A DNA stretch of 64,000 bases from Neoechinorhynchus agilis (taxonomy: Eukaryota > Animalia > Acanthocephala), in the NCBI GenBank assembly GCA_051530055.1, contig CM121341.1, positions 11,138,784 through 11,202,783 of the forward strand, written 5' to 3'. Below the pieces are notes generated by a model, which worked only from the letters and a program-made list of their open reading frames with translations, was not told the origin of the DNA and searched no databases. The translations under genes were made by a program, and so were the position numbers. Every line of letters begins with the position of its first letter. The first letter of the stretch is position 1. Positions 58,748-64,000 of the stretch are shown one piece after another.

Positions 58748-61700
58748 ATGGACAAAGAAGACTGCGGAAAAATCAAGTTTGATGTGCTTTGTGCGATTTT
58801 AGAAAAATGCAGTTCACATAAAGGAAAACAAGCCAAGATGCAAATCCTAATTGATTTTATGAAAAAACTTAGACCACTTGCGAAAATCCAACATTCGAAC
58901 TTTTATCAGTTTGTTTTTGACGGGTGGATTTTCGGTTCGGAAAGAGCAAAAGTCCTTCTGTCAGCTAAGACTTTTAGTGCCTTCAGTTGATCGTCGCAGT
59001 TTCGGTATTGGTCAGAAAACCTTGGGTCGTCTCATTATTACAACACTTGGTCTGAATTTAAAGAATAGTGAGGATGCGAAGGCATTAATGTCTAATGGAA
59101 ATGAAAGTCACTTGATTAAAGGAAGCAGTAGCGATTTCGTGGAGTTGGCTGCGTTGATAATGAGCCGAAGATTGTCTATGATATCTGGACATGTACTCAT
59201 CGAACGGGTCAATGAGTTTTTGAACGACATATCAACATCCAGCGATAAGTCATCTGACTTTTCCCAACTACTAAATATGCCCTTGAAGTTGGTCCACATA
59301 AAATGGCTTTTCCGAATTATTTTAAAGGAGGTGGATGTCGGGGTTGGCTTAAGTGATCCATCATTACTCCGGTGCATTCATCCGGATATCGAGAAAGTTC
59401 TTAAAACGAAAGCAAGCTTGCAACACGCGATTGAAGTCGTATTTTGTAGTGGAAACGATGAGGCTAAAGATAAGATTCAATTGTTTTTACCTTTGAGACC
59501 AATGCTTTCACAAAGACTGAATGGCAAGGACTTGGAAAGTAAATTGGCAGAATATGGGGCTAAACCGTTGATTATTCAATTAAAACTCGACGGAGAAAGA
59601 GTACAAGTTCATTACAAAGGAAAAAAGATTATGTATATTTCTAGAGGCGGATTCGATTATACGGAATCATATACGTCTAGCATGAATCATGATTGGATGG
59701 CGGCGGTTGTTCCGACTGCTGTTGATTTTATTTTACAGATGGAATGGAGTTTTCAATTTGGTAGAACGATTGAGGATGAAAGTTTTATTAGTGAGGGGGG
59801 ATAGTTACCTATTGCCGCATTATTTGCCAGATATTTATGGCACATTTTGATGTGTTGGATTATTGTCTTCGAGGGAAAAGATACTTTATTTTGGTTGTTT
59901 TCCGATATTTCAAAGGATAATTCCGACATTATCAAGGTTTATCATAGTTAAAATATTGAGAAATCATAAAAAATCATTGTTTTCGTTAACGAACTTTCAT
60001 TGCGAAAAAACTGCACAACTTTCTTTACTATTTCTCAATACTTTAACAATGGCGAACCTTGATAATGTCGAAATTATCCACCTGCTAAACTCAGTAATTA
60101 AATTATAAAGGGATACTATGATGATATTTGACAAGTTTTGTAATAATTTTTTATCAAAAATATTATGTATTCTCGATGTAATTAACCTCTCAAAATTTTA
60201 AAACTACCAACCTCGATTTTGCCTTTGATAGAACAACTGGGGATGAAAGTTTTATTAGTGGGTGTTAGTTACCTATTGTCGTAAAGTTCGATGATTGCTT
60301 TATGTGCCAGATATTTATGGCACATTTTTATGAACAAAAATATCTATAGAACTGGTTTACGGTGGAAACATACATGAGAAACTCTATACTTCCTGTAGAA
60401 TTTTAGGCCTCGAGCCGGATTTAAGAAAGTTTACCTCCTAATATCAGTATTTAAATTATAAATGAATGCTTTAATGAAAGCTCTATACTATAGACGGAGA
60501 AATGATGATATTTGACAAGTCCTGTAATAAACTTTTATCAAAAGGATCATGTGTTCTCGACGTAAAGAACCTCTCAAAATCTTCAAATTACCAACCTCGA
60601 TTTTGCGCTTTCGATATAATTTATCTTAATGGTCGCAACCTATGCTATTTACCATTTATCCAAAGGTCCAAGATATTAAAAGAGACGATCTGTTCGTATC
60701 AATCGATCTATGTGTTGCCCGATATTGCCATAGTTGAAAATGACACCACTGGTGTTGACAAGATACGATCAATTTTAAATGAAAAGACGAACGAAAAAGA
60801 AGAAGGAATCATTTTGAAAGTAAGTGATTCAGCCTATGTACCGAACGGCCGAGAACGATGTGGATGGTTCAAATTAAAACCTGATTATGTAGAAGGTCTT
60901 GCAGATGATCTTGATCTTTTAGTGGTTGGAGCAAACTATGGTGCTAAGCGAGGACGAAATACCGGTATATTTCATTCATTTGGCGTTGCAATAAAGGATG
61001 ATGAGAAATCTCTATTTCGATTAATTGGGCATGTTTCATCTGGATTTTCGAATGCTGACATTGAACAGCTAAAGGAAAACGTATTCACAGCCGAGAAAGT
61101 GTGTCGGGATGTTCCGGGACATTGGCTTGTGTTAGACAGGCAGTAACTCGGACATTTCTTGTTTTAAGGGACAGGTCGGGCTTCGAATTTCAAAAGGCAC
61201 GAAATTGTCAAAAACTGCGATTTTCTGTCACATTTTTCATCGCTCGGATTATAGGGTATAAATTAAAATATCAACTTAATGTAATTACCACTTCGAAAAA
61301 ATCTGTGCTCAAAATCACTTCTTTTCAGAAAAAAATGTATATTGAGTACTTCAATTGTATTTGTATGCAAAACTCTTTTGAATGTAAAGGTGGGCTAGAT
61401 GTTTTTATAGTAACTGTTTCCCTTAATTGTCTTGGAAGTTTTTTAAAAACAACAAATGCCCAATCGGAAAGATGTGATATTTACGCGTGTGAGCCACAGG
61501 ATTGTAAAGTTGGGACGATTCGTTCAGCTGAAGTTAGCTTAGATGGTGCAGGTAGATTCGGATTAAGGTTTCCTCGCTTGATTATACTGCGAACAAAAGA
61601 CGAGAAAAATTACGAAGGAGTATGTTCGCAACTGGAAATGAGTAGGATAGCTCGGCCTTTGACTGGATGCGGAGAGCAGCCCAAGAAAAGAGAAATAGGT

Positions 61701-62408
61701 AAAAGACGTTTGAACCATCAAGTAAGAGGAGAAAAGCAAAAACTTGAGTTTAGAAACTCTCCCGTTTTTGAAGCTAAAAGCAGTCAATCGGACGTTCTTA
61801 GTGAAAAGAAAAGTTGTTTTTCCGGAAAGGAGATATGCATTATGATTAAGGACGACATTGAATCGCGCTACATAGAGTCTCTAATCAGTGAACACGGTGG
61901 TCAATGCGTTCGGTTACCTCGACAAGGTGAGACGTGGGTAGTGGTCGTAGACAACTCGACATTTTCCTCTCGATTGGGAGTGAGAAGTAAGCGGATTTTA
62001 AGGGATTTTCGAGTTGTATCCACAGATTGGATACGGAGATATGTAGAAGGTGAAGTCAATGACGACGCTGATTGGATTTCAAAACATCGAATGTGCACCA
62101 GGATTAACATACTTAAACGAGAACTGAGTCTCATTGCCTCTTCGACTAATGTTGACTATGATTTCATAAAGCGTATAAAAATAGACTGCGGTGTGTTCAG
62201 AGGTATGCGGTTCGCTTCATCGTCCGTAGGTCTTAAGCCATGGATGATTGAAGTTAAGTTAAATGGTGGAGTTGTTGTAACGGACGAAGCAAAAGCGACA
62301 CATATTGTGTTAGACGATGATGAAGTTTATTCTAATTTAAGGGATAATCAGACCTCAGTAACTTCAAAGTGGATTATGGAACTTACGGGTAACGGTTGTT
62401 ATTCATAA
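58748..62408 (+). CDS. LIG4: DNA ligase IV with C-terminal tandem BRCT domains, about 4 coding exons
   Basis: Proposed exons 58748-58912, 58965-59760, 60494-61142 and 61439-62408. Motifs IKFDVLC, FLRLLVP, KLDGERVQVH, SRGG, DGEM, EEGIILK, GWFKLKPDY, DLDLLVVG, LRFPR, and two BRCT-like segments. The boundaries of introns 2 and 3 are uncertain. Confidence 0.92.
59915..60079. mobile_element. MITE with about 25-bp TIRs in LIG4 intron 2
   Basis: GGATAATTCCGACATTATCAAGGTT ... AACCTTGATAATGTCGAAATTATCC. Confidence 0.7.
60107..60330 (+). pseudogene. Degenerate duplicate of the LIG4 exon 3 start plus intron 2 start
   Basis: 60117-60230 mirrors 60501-60620 (ATGATGATATTTGACAAG...ACCAACCTCGATTTTGC). 60231-60330 mirrors 59762-59850. 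Confidence 0.85.
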
Positions 62409-62761
62409 TGCATAGTTCAGAGTATAAACATAAGTCAAGTATTTGACGTCTGTGAGTTCTTTGGACGGTTCAAACTTTTGAATTAAGTATATCTACAAAT
62501 CGTTTACAATTACAAAATGTTGTCTAAACTTCTTGGAAGACTCAAGAAGATTCCTTTATACGTCCATTTGCACAAACCCTTATTTTTATTAATCAAAATC
62601 GATATTATTAAATCTAACAATGGAAAATTAAGGCTGTGCATGTAGTAACGATAAACACGATTCGATGTGCGTGCATAAATTGCTTAAATTTCCGCGAAGA
62701 AATTTAATGAAACCTTTAATCTCAGCAAATGCGATAAATGATATTGCAGGTTGAAATTGAA

Positions 62762-62911
62762 GTAATTTATTAGGTCCTATATTTCGGCACAATATTATGT
62801 TTTTTATCAAGATTATTTGTACGTTTTCTACTATTTGAGCTAAAAAACCTACAAGCAAACATGATAAAGGCACAATATTTTGCTTCCGAAATATAGGACC
62901 TAATAAATTAC
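62762..62911. mobile_element. MITE with 26-bp perfect TIRs
   Basis: GTAATTTATTAGGTCCTATATTTCGG ... CCGAAATATAGGACCTAATAAATTAC. Confidence 0.7.
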
Positions 62912-63471
62912 CTCGATTTTTTCGCCATATAAAGGAATGAAAATTCAATCTTCAGGCAATATCAGTCACAGCGAACTTGGTTAATCTATAAAGAGTATTA
63001 TTACAAGTACAATCGTAGAAGCATCTTCTAAACACTATGAAACCTTTAATTCTATGTGCACTCAAGAGGAGGCGATTCGAAAATTCAATGGTTTCACTTA
63101 GTTTAAGATGAAAAAGCCGTTTAAAACGATGTTATTTGTTTAAAGTATAAATAGATTGATGGTACCTACGATGATAAGTTGTCGACTTCAATTTACTGAA
63201 ATTTAAATGCGGTGCACTCAGCGTTTTTGCCCATCTCCAATTTGTACTTAAAATTAGCCCATAAGCGATATTTTCAACACGTTATTTCTATTGATCCTAA
63301 GAAAACTAGAAAGATTACGTGGTTTGGATTGGCTACTTTTTTCAGCACGTAAAATAAGTAATTTTCTTGTATATCAAGGAGAACCTTGCTTTGATTAAGC
63401 GCCCAAACCAACCTGTTTCATTCAAACTTGTAAAAATCGCTATTTATACAGTCGATCGGCCAAATAGCCCA

Positions 63472-64000
63472 TCAGCACATTGTGGATCGAATGGAAGGAT
63501 TTCTACTTCTGCGACTTTGGGTCGCATCATTATTCCAACAGTAGCTTGCCTGTCGAAATGCTTCAAGATCGGTCACCTCGGAAGGATAGAAGTAGCTGTT
63601 AACTTCAAGATCGCATAGCACATCAAGTTCAGTAACATTGCACTTATTAACAAATCGATTTCGTTCCCTTACCATTTCAGCTAGTTTTTTTCTATAGATA
63701 TCTCTCTTCAATTTCGACGCCTGATTAAACTTAGCTCCGGCATACATGCTGGTTCGCCGCTCAATGACAACACGACGAGTGCTTGGTAAACGAGGGATCT
63801 TTTTTGTCTCGCTAGGAATTTCATTTGAATGCGGAGAGTAGTTTTGATAAGGAGAAACCGTATTCTTTACTTTTTGGGGCTTACGTTCATCGCTCGGCAT
63901 TTGACCAGCAACGCAAATCTTCTCGTTTTCTTCAGATGAACTATGCACTATGGACTGTTTTGCCTCGACTGAATGCCGTCTCCTGCGACATGAAGCTTGC
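63472..64000 (-). CDS. Hypothetical protein, 5'-partial (frame open to the window edge)
   Basis: The 158-aa ORF frame stays open upstream to the end of the window (QASCRRRRHSVEAKQSIVHSS...). No recognisable domain. Confidence 0.5.
   Translation of the reverse strand, partial: QASCRRRRHSVEAKQSIVHSSSEENEKICVAGQMPSDERKPQKVKNTVSPYQNYSPHSNEIPSETKKIPRLPSTRRVVIERRTSMYAGAKFNQASKLKRDIYRKKLAEMVRERNRFVNKCNVTELDVLCDLEVNSYFYPSEVTDLEAFRQASYCWNNDATQSRRSRNPSIRSTMC

Noticed and set aside
62628-62948. 106-aa minus-strand ORF
   Set aside because: Overlaps a MITE and shows no recognisable protein features.
1-64000. Alternative nuclear genetic code as an explanation for the interruptions
   Set aside because: TAG (USP14), TGA (CLK, NK2, FDXR, Derlin) and TAA (LIG4, Cys-rich genes) all end conserved proteins at the expected places.

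Overview
AT-rich, gene-dense genomic DNA from an animal (most likely a bilaterian) with a compact genome, short introns (about 43-66 nt) and several intronless genes. It is not prokaryotic; I found no CRISPR array, rRNA or tRNA gene. Host genes I can support, in order: a multi-LIM protein running off the left edge (missed by the ORF track), USP14, an SLC46-like MFS transporter, an orphan protein with a mitochondrial-type N-terminus, Derlin-1, a CLK/Doa LAMMER-family kinase with two candidate alternative 5' exons, a small secreted prohormone-like protein, a MATH-domain protein, two tandem tiny Cys-rich proteins (one below the ORF cutoff), an NK2 (vnd/NK2.2-like) homeobox gene, ferredoxin reductase (FDXR), DNA ligase IV, and an unknown CDS open at the right edge. 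Between them lie CRE-clade non-LTR retrotransposon copies, a nested cluster at 32-41 kb (CRE fragment, Ty3/gypsy with LTR/PBS/PPT, hairpin insertion with an 11-bp TSD, two APE-RT LINEs), many MITE/foldback elements, tandem arrays of about 190, 252, 115 and 175 bp, and a recent 1-kb inverted duplication. The most interesting leads are probable non-canonical (GA-AG, possibly GG-AG) mini-introns, splice acceptors sitting right against start codons (possible SL trans-splicing), the Cys-rich gene pair, the prohormone-like gene, and a TGACGTCA-rich satellite. Several 1-nt frameshifts in conserved genes suggest residual assembly indels, which limits confidence in the splice-site and frameshift claims. 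All family assignments come from motif recognition by eye; no searches were run.
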